Origin: Bugula neritina
Taxonomy: Eukaryota > Animalia > Bryozoa
DNA: 64,000 nt
NCBI GenBank assembly: GCA_964035545.1
Contig: OZ037768.1
Coordinates: forward strand, 3,876,741-3,940,740
Reading direction: 5' to 3'
A program made the translations under genes and the position numbers. Within the stretch, counting starts at the first letter, position 1; every line of letters starts with the position of its first letter. The notes beneath the pieces were generated by a model. The model had not been told where the DNA came from. It saw nothing but the letters and a program-made list of their open reading frames with translations, and made no database searches. Shown one piece after another: positions 13,301 to 29,000 of this stretch.

Positions 13301-16300
13301 ACAACCAATGTCGCCCATTTCCTTTTTTCGAGCAGACGTTTAGCCAACACTCTGCGCCAGTGTTTGGCTATCATTATCACGGCCACCTTCATTCTTAGGT
13401 AGCTCTTCCTCTGGTAGTGACCTTTGAACTTTGCCTGTATGGAGGTGGCTAGCTCGTGCTTACGGGCAGCAAACAGTTCTTCAGTGGCAAACAGCACTTT
13501 CGGTAGTCTAATGAATATCTTGGTGCTGAAACAGGAAATGACATCACGTGCCAAAAATTTTCACGTATATTTTTAAACCCATTTACTGCAGAATAAATCT
13601 AAAAAATAAAAGTTTTAACAAAAAGATGCTTTTTAAAATTTGACTTCAATACTAACATGACCACAGATATCACAAGACAATAGGTCGATGGTACAGACTA
13701 ATATATTATAAACTCTGATAATGTAATTAATCTCGTACTTTCCAATCTTGTAATCGTCTGGTTGGTAAGAAAGGTGGTCGACCAACACCTGCACCCCTTC
13801 TTTGTCAGTGCCAGAGAACTGAGGCCATGTGTCTGGGCACAGGGACTTGTATCTCTGAAGGAAAAACTTGTGGGGGCGTCTATAGGCAAAACCCGCACGC
13901 CTCACTCTCAAGTTTTCCATTAGTCCAAGGTACTTGACCTACAAGTAAAAAACCATCCTTCAATAGTGGTACAGGATGTTACCAGTACGTGATAAATAGT
14001 TCTATTCATTTCTTTATGATATTTCTAGACAGAACCCAAGCACCTTCCAAAAAACAAAAGAAAAACAAAAACAAATTTATTTTATAGCTGTCAACAAATG
14101 TCCCACCAATGAGGTGACAAATTTGTTTCAAAATAATTTAAAACAAAAACAAAAAAATCAGTTCTAAATCCTGTCAAAATACAACTGGATATAGACCTAC
14201 CCAGACATATTTAACATGCTGTTATATCAATTACCTGGTGCTCTACAATAGACCTGCTGAATATTGAGGAGCGCTTGCTGTCGTTGGGTTTGATGCAGCG
14301 CACGTACGACGGCTCCTTGGACATGAGGATAGTCATCAGCTGGGATAATGATTGTTTAAAGGAAGTGGCTGCAGAGTCGGGTCGCTTCTTGTTCTCCAGT
14401 TCCTTATCAGTGAACATGTCTAACGTCACAGAATTGGTAGTCTGAGTCATGACCTACAGCAAGTTTAGGTGTAAAATGTGTTACATTACAACAAACTTAC
14501 CAAGATAATTTTGAATATTATTCCAAGTTGTTATGTTATGATATTAGGCATAAATTTAGGTTATTAAGACTCTAGGTATTTTTAAGAGTTTATGATTATT
14601 TATAGTTTTAAGATTTGTGGTATTATCAAGGGTTGACAACTCAGTAAAACATAATATAAAGTATGTATTGTAGAAATATGGCGCAAACTTAGACTAGCAC
14701 TAAAACTAAGACCTCATTTTCCCATTTTATTGCAATATTGAGTTAGCCGTAAACTGTGTACTCAAGCGACAAGATAAATGGGTGGAGCTAACCTTTTTCA
14801 GGTCTCTGAATAGTAAATCATTATTCTTCTCCAGAAAACCTTTGATGAAATATGTAACATCTCCTGCGTAGTGCTTCAGTTTAAACTCCTACAGTTGAAC
14901 ATGAGACAATTAAAAATCTAGATTTAATACGCCGTGTTACTTGATTCAACAGACAACAGCAACCTTGTCTGCAATATATAATATTGTCCATACAGTTTGC
15001 CTACATAAAACAAACAATATTGTTTATAATGTTGGCCTACATATAACGTTATTTACAAATTGTAGTAGTATATGATCCTAAATATAATACCTTTAAACAT
15101 TCAAGATTCACAGCAGTCAGACTCTAGAGCAAAGAATATTTAAATGCCGTTGTAAAATAAAACAAACATATTTTCACCACTTGATTTAACTAAGAAATGT
15201 TTGACCCCACTATTAGAATTAATGAATGAGAAGCAAACTGGTTGTCACCGTGGTAACCACATCAACAAACATACAGTTCTGCCCAGCTTCTTCCTAGTAG
15301 ATTTATCAGCTGTTTCGTGAGATGTGAAATGAAGATGACCACCAATGTTGTTACTCATCTTTGTCAGGAATGTTTCATCGGTGGGGTCACCAGGTCGCAC
15401 ACATTCCTCATCCTAAGGTCAAAGGTTGAATACACTAACTTATGCAATGTCACATAAACAAACTGTATTTACGTATGCATATCTGTATCTGTATATACAA
15501 TGCATCAATGGATATATGATGGTATATGATTGCATTTAGATAAACTGCATCATCTCAAGCTGTCATTATCTACATCACGTCATGAGCTGTCACACTGTCC
15601 ACATTCCCATCATTCCAACACCTTTCAGTACTAATTTAATATCTGAGTCATTACCAATACATTTGCATTAACACTTTGAATAAAAGGCTAAAATTCTACC
15701 AACCATAATTGCAATTATTCCCATAGGCTTAGCTTCAATCAGATCACAGATAATCTTGTTGTTGAAGTATTCCACGGGTTCCCACTACAAGTACAATGTA
15801 TTGTGTTTACTTCTTGATAACACTACTTCCTCTGCACACTACTTCCTCTGCACACTACTTCCTCTGCACACTACTTCCTCGGCACACTACTTCCTCTGCA
15901 CACTACTTCCTCTGCACACTACTTCCTCTGTACACTACTTCCTCTCCTTACTACTTCCTCTGTACACTACTTCCTCGGCACACTACTTCCTCTGCACATT
16001 ACTTCCTCTGCACACTATTTCCTCTGCACACTACTTCCTCTGTACACTACTTCCTCTGTACACAGGAATGCTGGTTAATTTGGAACAATTTACTCAAACA
16101 TAAAGCTGGTGTGTGCCTATTTGTATTCCAGGGCTAGTATTAGCACCCCCCCCCAACCTGCTACCCTGTGCTAAGCTAAGTTTGGTAATTCTACATACAA
16201 ATCATATCAACAAGAGCACAACACAATAATGCACATTTCTATCTGCTTCACAGGGAAAAGTTGAATCAATGATCAAGTTTTTCAAATGAATTTTCTATAT

Positions 16301-19300
16301 AACATAATTGAAACTAGACTGTCATTTTATAAATTTACTGATAAACTTTGAAACAAGGAAAATTGTTCAAAAGAACAAAAACTAAGTTATTTAAGAAATT
16401 TATTTTCTGCTTTTCAGTTAATGCCAATGTATTGAGATAGGAAATATGATAGTCTATGATAGAACAGTGTACATGAAAAGATAGTGCATGATTACATGTT
16501 AAAAGGGGAAAACATATTATCACACAACAGCTGGTGGAATACATGTGAGCAATCTATGTGTGATTCAAAAAACTAAAATGTAATTAGTTTACAAATAGAA
16601 TGAAGTTGGTGCATATTATATTCTAGTATGAGAAATAAATCAGTAGGGGGGGGGGGGGTTGTCTCACCTCTATGCCCTCCCTCAGATACTCATCCTGTTC
16701 AGACTTGAGAGTGAGCTCAATGAAGAGTTGTTGAAGCTTTTCGTTGCAGTAATTGATACAGAACTGTTCAAATCCGTTATTCTCAAATATTTCAAAGCCA
16801 TAAATATCCAACAGACCAAATAATGTCCGTCTTTCTTTTCTCTACACAATAATAAAACAAGAATTACAAAATACAATTTAGTTGTATTAAAAATCATAGT
16901 TTTAAGCAAATACATAAAAATAAAAACATAAAACTATCCAGTCATTTAGCTACACAATAGGGAGTAGTTATGATTTGGTGGTCAAATTACTGGCCTAGTG
17001 GTGATGTCAGTTAGAGCATCTGATAATGCCACAGTAAAGCCCTCAAACTATAATACTCACATAGTGAAAGGCACAGTCCACAGCCCCCTTAAAAACCCTT
17101 GTAACTAAGATTTATCACAGGAATGGAGACTTAAAACAAGAATGAGCTCTTGTAGCTGCGCAATGTTTGAAATTAAAATTCCATTTCACAACTTAATATG
17201 CTTAGGAGAGGCCAGAAATTCTTTGTTTCAAGTTAATACTAAAAAGTTAAGAGTCATGCATCACCCCCACATGTTACGCAACATCAGGTCAAATGAAGCA
17301 ATACCCAACCCTGACAGTGTTTGTCACATCAAGTGGTGGACGTGGGTAGTTGTAAGAGTTAGTGATGGGTTATTCTGTGTGTATACCAACACTTTCACCA
17401 TATATAATGCTAATACCAATACCATATTATATAGTACTGGTACTATGGTAGATAATAACAATACTATATAGTATACAATACCTATACTACAAAATATATA
17501 TCCTGCTAGAAAACTAAATAATTCTATATATAATATCTAATTCCCAATATAATAGTTAAAGGTAGGTAAAGGTGTAGGACGTAGGTGTTAGCTGGTACAC
17601 TGAACAGAAGTTATGTTGTTATGGAAGATATCAGTGATCACCTTCAGAGTTCTGTATCAGAGATACACAAAACTGTTCCTAAAAATTTCACTTTGATGTT
17701 ACAAAGAAGCTAAAATCTCTCTCTAAATTCTGTGTATAATTTATATAGTCTTCGGATTTAGATGAAATGTCCAGAAAAACTTTCTCTGAATGTGATCACT
17801 GAACATAGAAGCTATTATGTGCTGCCATATTAGCATTGGCAGCATGTAAACTAGTTCTAGTGCAACGTGAAGCATGCAGTGTGCACACTAGAGACATGAC
17901 CCTATCACACATTGGGAGACAGAACTGGGAGGGGGTTAAAGGAACCAACATATTATTAGCTGCCCTAGAGTTATTCAAACAATGCAGTTTCCAGCAACAG
18001 TATGGATTAGGATGCCAAGCTGTGAGCTCATTTACCTGCATCATTTCACACAGATGCTAAATAAAGTTCATGACAAATCTACATATTTCTGTATAGGATT
18101 GTCGTTATATAATTTTATAGCTGAATAGTACACATGATGTTACTCACACAATATACACTACAGTACACAAATAACACACTACAGTACACAACACACTACA
18201 GTACACAACTAACACACTGCTGTGCGAAACTAACACATTACTGTAAACAATACAATTTACTGTACATAACACACCACTGAACATAACGCACTACTGCTCA
18301 TAACTCAACACACCACACCTTCACACTCTCTCTCTTTATTTATATTACTAAAATTGTCACTTCAAACTTATTTATATAAAGCAATGTGATGGCGACCAAA
18401 TAGTAATGTTTACGTATTTACTGTAGTAACTATATTGGCCATACTGATAGCCAGTATGGCGCAGATGGTAGGTTTTGGATATACGCTACAGTTTATAAGC
18501 GGTGTTCTGCCTGTGTCACAACATATTCTTCACGCTGACTAAGTCAGCAAGCAGCAGAACAACGTCAACTATTGACACACTCACCGTTTTAAAGCAGGGA
18601 AGTTAGCGAGAAACCACAACAAAATAAAAGGAAAGAAAACACTGCAAAAATACAATGCAAGAAAGATCTTTTCCGCAATTAGAAAAATTACAGCCTTTCC
18701 TCAAAGACTGGTTTAGTGAATTAAGTAACAGATGTTTATACATGGACAGATTAAGGAAATCAACACTAATGAGGAATTATCCTCTCGGCATGACTGATGA
18801 CTGTGAAATTTGAGCTGAGCTCAGTTCATGTGTTTCTAATCGCTGACACAGCTGATAAGCTGACATATTAGCACACAGGAAGATACCATCTGACTAACCT
18901 TGCTGGTCAGTGAATCATTTATCCTCTGAACCAGCCAAGTGAACATCCTGTCGTACACAGCCTTGGCCAGCGCATCTCGAGCCTGATACGCCTGCTCTAC
19001 CGAGAGTGGAGTCTTTACCTGCAGCAAAATAATGTCAAATAGAACTTGTTAGAAATTAGGCTACATGCAATGCAAAAATTTCAAATATTAATATTATGCA
19101 ATTATATTACTAACTTGTGTAGTCTGAGGTACAAAATGCAGGTATAGAATTTGTAGAAATGTCACAAATATTGCAGGATAAACATTCAGCAAGTAGGCTA
19201 TGTGGCAAAAGTGTGTAACTTTACTGTGCATACTGCATATAACCCCATATATAACATGATGCAGTCTGAAGCAGCTATTCCTTACACTAGTTGTACAACT

Positions 19301-22300
19301 TAAAGCAGAACAAATAGATAATCTCAGGGGATTAAGTGCTACTCTATCATTATTTTTGACAGATGATAAATTTACATCTCACTGAGCTGTCACATCACAA
19401 TATTATGCTAAGTAGAAGCAGGGCCACTTGACAGCAGTGCTTGCAAGGTGTCTAGAGACTCATAGACACGCACAGGAAGTCCAACTGTAGGGTTACGTAA
19501 TAAATAGTGACAAACTTTCGTAGGATTTTACAAGTCAGCTGGGATACTTGAGTTACTATGGAAACAGAGGGGTTAAATAAAGGTCACCCAATGAAATCTG
19601 TGCAAAAAGTGTGATATTGAAAAATTAAGGAAGTAGAAAATATTATGTAATCAGATTGAAATTAATGAGAAATTTTAAGCAGTTTATTTTATTTTTTAGC
19701 AAATCTATATTTTCTCTTGTTTTCAATTCTTACAGGAAAATGGCAAGCTCTAATAACTATTTAATAAACCAGAGAGGCCGAGAATCTTCCAGGTGTTATT
19801 AAGTATTTCCTGTCTTATACTGGATTCATCTCCCTTGGTTAGAATTGCAAGCTGACTATGTCAACATTAAACGCTACAAGTGAATGTTGCAAGAGCCCAG
19901 TTCACGTATCTCTAACACAGCACATGTACGTCTCAACAGCATGCACAGTTTTCACAGTAGCTTTGGGTTGCCATAGCAACCAACACAACTATAGCTCACC
20001 TCGTCGCCCTTGGCTGCCACAGTTCGATTCAGCAAAGCAGCAAACAAAATGTTTTCATCACATCCCAGCAACTACAAGTTTCAAGTAAAACAATCAGATA
20101 ACACAGAAAGAAATATCTGGAGCAGTTTCAAGGGTACTGGTCTTGTGCCATTGTATAAGACTACGTGTCACCTGCAGTGACCTGCTATGCATTTCAAATA
20201 GCTATTATCTGACATTCATAAGTTCATATTCGTGATGACACCAGAAGACCTGAAGTGAACAATAATATTGGAGGTCAAAAAAAATTTAGCTACACTATTA
20301 CAGGTGAGGGTGTCATATTCATATTAGCATAGCTCAGCCTATCTTTGAATGGCGTTACGTGTTTCTGCTTTACTAAACTTACATGCCTTGCTTACTACCT
20401 GCTTGCATTTTATTCTACTTATTAATGCATCAAAAACCCCAACCTGCAGTACATTTGTAACCTCAGTTTAGAGTAGATGTTTGGGACGAGTCTATAGTTT
20501 CAGTTGCAGTTTAAGAAACTATTTCACAGAGGCTTTCATTGCCATTCTCATTTGAACTACTTTTTTTCAAAAATTGATGCCTTATTTTAAAATAAGTCAT
20601 TGAAAGCCAGTATATTTTTTGTACCAAAAGTTCATCTCAATTATCCAAAGAGCTTACCTTGCTGATAATAGCCACGTTCTTTTCATCTGAGATCTGGGTC
20701 CTGCTGCCCCTCTCCTGTACAAACTGAAGGTTACCAAGATGCAGAACACAAGCTACTATAGCAAATAAATCCTACAAAGAGACAGACTTTCAGGTGAAAA
20801 CATGTATATATAAATATTATTTATAGTATGACAGAGGTCATGCTTTCAAGTCCAGGTCATTGGTGATGTCAAAAATTTCTCAAACCATGTTGTTAGCATG
20901 GTAAGAGGCCTTAGCTCAAATGAAAACCCTTTCTATCAAGAGATGGGATGGGGAGAGATACTTTATACAAACGTGACTCTGTATACATATGAACACCATC
21001 AGATAATTGTTGAGTAGTAATGTTAGAACTGTATTGTCTTCATATTGTAGTGTAGAAATGTCTGTTTGGAAATGAATGTTCATTCATAGGCCAAAAGTTT
21101 TGAACACAATTAAGGCACGTATTTGGATATAGCTGACTAAGTGCGGCATGATTTCCAGTCAGCTTAGAATATTGGCTGCAGAATAGAAATTGAGTCAGCT
21201 ATAGCAAAAGTAAAGCAATATTTTAGTTGATATTTTGAGTTAAATTAAAATATTTTACCTGTTGCTTCTCGGGAGTGAAATCGCAAACATCTAAAGCATT
21301 TCTCACTACTTTAAACATGTTAGTATCATTGACAGTTACTTGGGAAGACTGCCCGTCCTACAACACATAATTTCTCTGCAAAAATCATCTTTAAACACTG
21401 AATTATTCTCAAGTGATATTTTGTTTTAATCTCTAAGCGGAATTGTTAGATTTTGGAGCTTCGATAGTAAAGTTGCCAGGGAAATCAGAAGTATGCTAAA
21501 TAAGATAGCCTACACATGCAGTGGGATGTTATCATTAAACAACATGACAAATTTGCTGCCAACACTTATACTGTGATACTTGTGATGACTCATTTCTTTG
21601 ATGATTTCTATTTTATTCAAAATTACAATATTAAAGTATGTTATGGTATTTACTGCATTTCAATTACATGCAAAGAAACGCAACAGTCTGATATCCCAAA
21701 TGCTGATATATGGAGTTTGTAGGAAAATACTAAACTCTATACTTATTTCAATTATTTAACAATAAATCTAAACCAAGTATCAGTTTATAGATTAATGTAA
21801 ATTTAAATATGTGAATTGACGTATTTTACTTATTAAACTTTTTAAAAGACTTCAACCTATTCAACGCAAGTTTAATGTAGAGTAGTAAAGTTCCTGTCCC
21901 CTACCTGACTCAGATACACATAATCCTGAGGATCTGAGGATAGGCACAGCTTTTCCAATAAAACCACATCATTTGAATTCAACAGCTCATAGAATATGTG
22001 GAAGTTCCTTTCACCAGGTGCATGACCGACGACCCTGGATTTCTCTAGCAAGTAATTGAGTATGTGACCCCCAACAGGAACACCCTATAGATGCCAACAG
22101 AGTCTTAAACTGGTTATATTGATGGTGAAAATATACTTTTATTCATTAATAGCAGATTATGCAAATTTAAACTTATTGGAATTTCCTGTATATAGATATA
22201 GCGTGTCCTAAACAAATTTAAACTACAGATTATAGTTATGGTAAGGCCAAAAAGATAATCTGCATCATGAATTCTACTTGAAACTTACTATCCAGTTAAC

Positions 22301-25300
22301 TGTATATAATACTATAGAAGTGATATAATTTAGTATTTGCTCATTATTGAACCATATAAGTTACCTGAAAATCAAATTGGATGTCCATATATTTCCCAAA
22401 TCTGCTAGAATTGTCATTTCGATTGGTCTTAGCATTGCCAAATGCCTGGATAGAAAGAGACAACATGCAATAAGCTGGACGCAGCTCATTAATATCAATT
22501 ACCAAGGCTAGATATCAGATGGATTGATTAATTCCAGTCATTCATTTGCCAAATTGTGACATTGTCGAATTAGCTCCTGCTAGAACATTTCCTCGAATCT
22601 AATTTTCTGGGTGACTAATAAGAATTCAGTAGTTCTAAGAAAGTTACCATTTGGTTGCCAACCACCAGATGGCTAACTATTTGAGAGTTATTATATCTGA
22701 TGAGATGTTATCACCAACTAGCTCTACTTCTCCTGTACTATTTCAATACTGGCACACTGAGTCATAGGTTTAGAACTACAGTGTCTAATGGCATAACAAC
22801 AAATGATACAGTAGTACTGCTCTATGGAATGTAAAATAAAAGTGTGGCCATAATGTGATTCATGATACATACCAGAAAATAGAATTATATTATACTAATT
22901 TATGTAACGTTACTCACATATATCTAAAGTAACGGGATAGGACCAGTAAGGAAAAGATATAGCACATAGTGAACACATATCATAATTTATATTCACACTC
23001 TAGGCTAACAATGAGTGCAAAAATAATGGACAAAGAGTATATTAAATTTATGCCATATAAAGTAAACCATAGAACAGCTATTAAATGTAGCATGTAATTA
23101 TATGCAGTTTGAACATGGCCATAAAATATCAATCGTATTATTCAAATAAGTGCATTTTTAGTCATAAAAATGAAAAATCTGTAATTTTTCCTCAATTACT
23201 TCCAGCTGTGAGTGCAAGGCACACCATGGTAATGAGTATTACTATTACTCATAGAGTAGCACTCATTGGGTGGCAAGGTCAGCGACCACTGCCGTGGCAA
23301 TCATTATTTACCTCCAGCAGAGGGTTGCTTTCTAGGAGCCTCTCTTTCACATCTTCCACTTCCTGTGAATGCCTACTAGCTTTAGCAATGTACTGCAAGA
23401 TCTTCTTACTAGCTTCTGTTTTCCCGGCACCAGATTCACCAGATATCAGCACACATTGATCTCTATTCTCCTCCAGCATGTAGCGGAATGCAGCATCGGA
23501 CAATGCAAATCTACAAATCACGGCAAAAACAAATTCCTTACAGACATATAAGGAACAGATTTATGCAACCATATACTTGTGTTATAATAGAATTTGAACA
23601 TTTACATTAAATATTGATCTAGCTATTAGTATCAAAAGATGATTTAATCATACACCTTATATCAGTGTTGCATAGCAAAATGAAAGTCTGAGCTAAACGA
23701 CAGGTTACCATGGTAACTCGATACAAACGCAGGAAACAGTATATAATAACATACTGTTTAAACAACATACTTACAGGAAATGCACCCAGCCTATGTACTT
23801 GGATAAAAAATGGACCAATTAAGATTTTAATAATCAATCAGCTACTCACACGTGAGGAGGCAACTCATAAAAGTCTTCACTTTTATATGTGCCCATAACC
23901 TGCTCTGAGTATATGGGAAGGTCTTTGTATGGGTTCATCGAGACCAGCACAGGGCCTATATATGTCTACAATAGATACAATACCCCATCACTTTGCAGCG
24001 TGTTGCTATCCATACATTTACATCTACATTCATGCTGTACACATTCCGAACAGCTTAGGGATTATAGGATTATTTAGCAATTGCATTGGAAAAAATAGTA
24101 AGACCACATACTGCAAATAGCAATGGGCCCACAAAACTGCTGGGCCAACCACACCCCCCCCCCCCTCCCTCCCTATTATATACAAGCTGTGATATTTGTA
24201 GTCAAGTTACTGTTTGATTTAGATTTTATATACGTGATATGGAGCAATAAAACTGTGTCAGATTATCAGTTACAGTTTGCTGTGAAGTAGACATTTCACT
24301 GAGTTAACTATTTAAAATAAACTGATGGATGCATCCATTCAACTTGGCCAGAGTTGACCTTCACTGGCTACAATGTATGGCGTCACAAATCCTGCTGTAT
24401 AGTGCTACAGTGCAGTCAGCAATTTTATGATGAGTCATTGTGCAGTGTACATACTCTGCATAGCTCTGTAAACAGTAAGTAGTGTGCAAAAACCCCAGGG
24501 TTCACTAGTAGCAGTAGGGAAAACTAACCTCAAGTAGAAGGGATTATGTGCTGTATTCACTGAATTGGATGGATTAATACATAATGATTCTACTTTAGGA
24601 AATTGAATGCAGGTCGTATCGTACTACCTATTATGACTAACAATGTTTTATGTAGATAGGAAAGCCACACCCACTAGTGCAGGCGGCTATAACAAAGTAA
24701 GATATTAACCGACTTGGTTATTTAACCTTATTTCTCCCTCTTCCCTGCCCTATCCTTTTCCTACCTCTCTTCTACCATACACTATTCATACTTCTATACT
24801 ACATTCTGCACATCTCTACTCTATTATCTACATATTTATACCCTATGTTCTAGCTATATCTACCCTACACTCTGCTCACCAATACTCTGCAGCCCCCTCC
24901 TATTCTATCAACCTTTACTCTATCCTTTTTCTCTCAGTTTTTGTTCCGCCTTAATTCTATTTCCCACTCTAATAACTGCATATAATGGTGTAACTAGCTC
25001 AAACAATAGCTCTAGGAACCCATGAAATCATATCCAACAGTTTCCCAATAGCTAGCTCAAAAGTGTAAAATCATACTGAATTTCCTATCAGCAGTAGTAT
25101 TAAAACGTGCAACAGAGTTGCAGAAGTTTAGCAGCTCCAAACAGCTGATATTTATTCTTTCTGCCAATTTCTGTCAATTGTTTATTGTATTTTCAACCGA
25201 TAAACTAAATATAGTAACTAAATATACAGAACTGGATTGTGCCACATGGCTCCACATGGCCAGTCAATAAACTATATTTAGGACAGTTAGTTGCCATCAG

Positions 25301-26013
25301 TATTACATCATGTAATAGAAGATAAGATACTATGTTACATAATATAATATAGTATAAATTATGTGATGCAAAACAGTAATATATGAACAAAGATTTCAGA
25401 ATATAACACAAAAACTGGTAGCATGATTGTTAACTCATCAGATGAGTGATGCCTGATAAAAACAGGTTTTCAGACCAGGAACCAATTTTCATGAGTAAAC
25501 ACTTGCATCTTTTCAGAGTGCATTTCAAGTGTCTAGGTGACTGTGTAAACTTCGGTCATAAATTTTATCTCCTAACATTTTTATCAGACATGCAGCACTG
25601 CAACATTCCTTATCAGTCCTGTTTAAATACTAGAAGAAACTTTATATACGACTGCAGGCTAAGTACTACTAGGTGGACCCATCGTACCCAATTAGGTGCC
25701 ATGTTTAAGTGTCCACTTGAATATGCTGCAACTGTTATCACCATTTCGTAATTGCAAGGCCCCTGCTAAGTGTGCTTTACCTTACAAATAGTTGTTACTG
25801 AAGAATAAGGAAGTTTCTAGACAATACAGCTCAAACAATGTACTAAATGTGATATACAAGACTCTTAAGGTGATGTGTGAAACTCACATAAATGAGGTCA
25901 TGTTTGAACCTCTTCTCAAGATTTTCGATGAATTCATCTAGACTGAGGTGGTTGTTGAGGAGCACAAAGTCCTGTACTCCAACCTTGTCACGTTCCAGCA
26001 AAGCAGACTCCAT
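10378..26013 (-). CDS. MYO1C: Unconventional myosin class I, Myo1c/Myo61F type (~1026 aa; motor, 3 IQ-like motifs, TH1 tail)
   Basis: 22 coding exons: 26013-25888, 23965-23850, 23510-23312, 22445-22365, 22084-21905, 21357-21259, 20771-20658, 20071-20000, 19018-18899, 16841-16668, 15784-15704, 15412-15275, 14888-14793, 14453-14235, 13938-13739, 13525-13295, 12987-12828, 12238-12061, 11668-11598, 11298-11160, 10987-10816, 10492-10378 (3081 nt). N-terminus [19 protein letters not shown] matches the Myo1c start; also [48 protein letters not shown]. Confidence 0.95.
15821..16063. repeat. 16-bp minisatellite (CACTACTTCCTCTGCA) x ~15
   Basis: Directly visible tandem array in a myosin intron; it explains the spurious repetitive ORFs at 15756-16137. 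Confidence 0.97.
16961..17140 (+). mobile_element. Decayed copy of the same SINE family (myosin intron)
   Basis: GGAGTAGTTATGATTTGGTGGTCAAA, GGTGATGTCAGTTAGAGCATC and AAAACCCTT...TCACAG...GACTTAAAAC align in order with the head, body and tail of 46931-47153. Confidence 0.55.
18150..18325. repeat. Degenerate ACACTACAGTACACAA repeat
   Basis: Three clear units followed by decayed ones. Confidence 0.7.
20835..20985 (+). mobile_element. Decayed, truncated copy of the same SINE family (myosin intron)
   Basis: GTCATG..TTCAAGTCC, CATTGGTGATGT and CCTTAGC...GAAAACCCTTT.TATCA are colinear with 46981-47105. Confidence 0.5.
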
Positions 26014-29000
26014 TTTGTCTGTACCTAGGGCTAACGAATCTGAAACCACATCATAGATCATTGTACAACCTATCGTTATACCACATTCTCTTATATGATG
26101 TTACAATTGAGTACATAATAGTATAATACTAATATAGTTACATGACACCATTAGTCACAGTATATTAGTCACACTATGAGTGTACCAGTCACACTACACA
26201 CAGTATATTAGTCACGCCATTAGTGTACCAGTCAGCTGAGATTAATTAGTGTAATGGGTGCATAATGCCAACATATGAACATTACTAGCACTGTAGACAC
26301 CACATTAATCAAGTAAAGGGATGATTTATTAATATTCAGCAAAGCTGTTAATGAATAATAAATTCCACTGCTAAAAAAGTATATGCATGCATGTATATTA
26401 CAGGCTGTACTGTAGACTTGCTAAGAATAGAGTGGTGAATGATATTGAAAACTTTTTAGTAGTAGTAGTTTAAATATTATACAATGCATTGTGCAAGTTT
26501 TAAATGCCAATTCAAACAGAACCATTGAGCTAAATCATTAATTAATACAATGTTATGATGTTTTTCGACTTTCACAACAGCTTGCCTGGTTGAAAAAAAT
26601 GGGGTGCTAAAACAAGCAATAAATTGACTTGCCTCGATAATGTCAACTAATTATAACTTAAGGAAGCTATAAACTATTAAAATTATTATTTGGCTTGAGA
26701 CTCCACATTTTTTTATATAAAAAATATATGCCATAAATATATTTTGCTGGGTTTTAATTAAACTCTTGAGTTAAAAAAAATAGAACAGTTTAAAAAACTG
26801 TTTTCAATTAATTAAAGACAGAATCATATGAATGTGATTAGCCTACAAGTATGACAACTAGTAATGTTTTCCTTGAACCAGCTAAAACCATTTCTAGTGA
26901 TTTCAAATAATGGCAGCTACTCTTCTAGAAATTTTAAGATAGGGACACATTGGATAAAAAATAAAATAATGCAATGACTAAGCTTCAGGTACAGTTTCTA
27001 TTACTGCACCTAATCTAAGTAATGGTAGTCCTGATTGCATTACAATCTAACAGTTCTGTACGAAAATTTGAACTTTGGAAGGTAAAATTGCAGATTTTTT
27101 GAATAGCATAAACCAATTGATATTTGTAACAATCTGTCTGTGACCTTAATCAACCCAAATATAAACCATGAATTATAAACCATAAGCTAAATGTTAACCT
27201 GCATCTCCTTCTAATAGTCTACTCGTTAGGACTACAATGAGCTTTTATAGTTATCAGACAAACCATCTAGAAAGTGGAGAGATATATTATCAATAGCTAC
27301 CTTCACTCAGCTATATTCATCAATTATTCAAACTTTAGAATAGCTACACTCAAGTTGCTGGGTAAGCCAGGCTTCTGAAATACAGCCACCACGGGCAAAA
27401 GTAGGTGGTCGCCAAACTAAGTGCCAAGTCATGGACTATATTTGCAATAAAATCAAAATGTCTCCTTAACAGTTAATGCCAAGGCAATAATAATTGAAAC
27501 AGGTCGACTATTAAAAGCCTATATAAATGGTAAAATGAATGACAAATAGCATAGATAAAATGGTTAGGGCTAAGTTGCTTACCTTATTCGGAAATATTGA
27601 TCAGTCAGAAATTAACTTCATAAAGCTCCAACATCAAGCAAGTACAGTTTCTCCTTGTAATAAAGAGGATCACTGTGTGAAAAGCATGCCCGTTGAGCTT
27701 GTTATACCACAAGCTATCTATTGATAGCCAAGTTCATGCATCAGTGGTCAGCGTCTGCACATGGATGACTCACGAACACAGTCATTAATTCGCTGTTCAC
27801 TTGGAGTGCTGCAATCATATAATATATGCGACTTGTCACCACTTTATCAACCTGTTGTTGCGAAATGCCTTGTTGTGCGCCCTTAGCTCTTACGTTTCAA
27901 CCAATAGAATAGACTCGCAATAACGCTTTCATAATATCTATTGTAGAAGAACTATAAAACTTACAGACAAACATTTGATTAAATATATTAATCAGAAAAT
28001 AAAGTAGTGACATATATTTGTCTCCAAATAATACTATATATTTTTTCCGTTGATTACTTTAGATTGGCATCTTTTTAAAAACATTTTTAATTTATTAAGG
28101 AGTTATTTTCTCCTATTACCAAAGAGCCGACAACTCAAAAGGGCTATGACTGGTGGTATAAAATAAAACTTAAAAATAAGAGGTGGATAAGACAAGGACA
28201 TAATATTGCAGCAATATACAGAAAATACAAAACTTGATATATATTTTTTAGCAAAACTTATGCTTTGTTTTTATGACCTCAACTCCAGAAACAGAAACAA
28301 AACCACAACTATCAGCAAGTTTGAATTATGAAGATTTTTAAAAGTTTATAATGGCAAGATAAAATAAAGTAAAATTGATAGCTAATAGCTAATTAGTATC
28401 AAAAGAAAGGAGGAGTGTTGAAAATTAAGTATAACAACTAAATGAAGACAAATATGGGAACAGATTCAGACTTGACAGGAAAATTACTCAAAGACAAAAC
28501 TATGTAAAGAAGCTTGTTGCAACCCTGCAGATCTATTTGAATAATTAGAGCTGTACAATTTACTTTTCAATCATTAGAATTAAACACTTCTAATATGCAT
28601 ACAAAATAGAAATGTTTACTTATTAAATATTCCACACTTTCACCACTAGTTTAATAATAATATGTGACATATAAAAGGTTTATTCACTATTTACTCTCAT
28701 GACATTTGGATTGCTACAACAGAACCCTAATATGTTTGCAGAATGACACACTTTTTCATACTTTCTGCCATAATATCGTATATATTGATATGAGGAAGAA
28801 CATCTGCATGGGAAGGTCATAATCACAATGAACTTGTAAATGTTTCATACTTAGACTTAAAGAATATTATAGAATCAGACTACAAACGGTACTCAATTAC
28901 TGTGTTAGTTAACAGATCACCAGTTATGCTAACACTATAACTTTACTGTGACTCTGACTCGTAAGAAGAACTATAGCATATAAATTATAAATATAACTTT

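Noticed and set aside
15756-16137. Two ORFs with repeated [15 protein letters not shown]
   Set aside because: They are translations of the 16-bp minisatellite lying antisense in a myosin intron.
16645-16658. Poly-G run (and poly-C runs near 16145 and 24153) as G-quadruplex elements
   Set aside because: Isolated intronic homopolymers with no further support.
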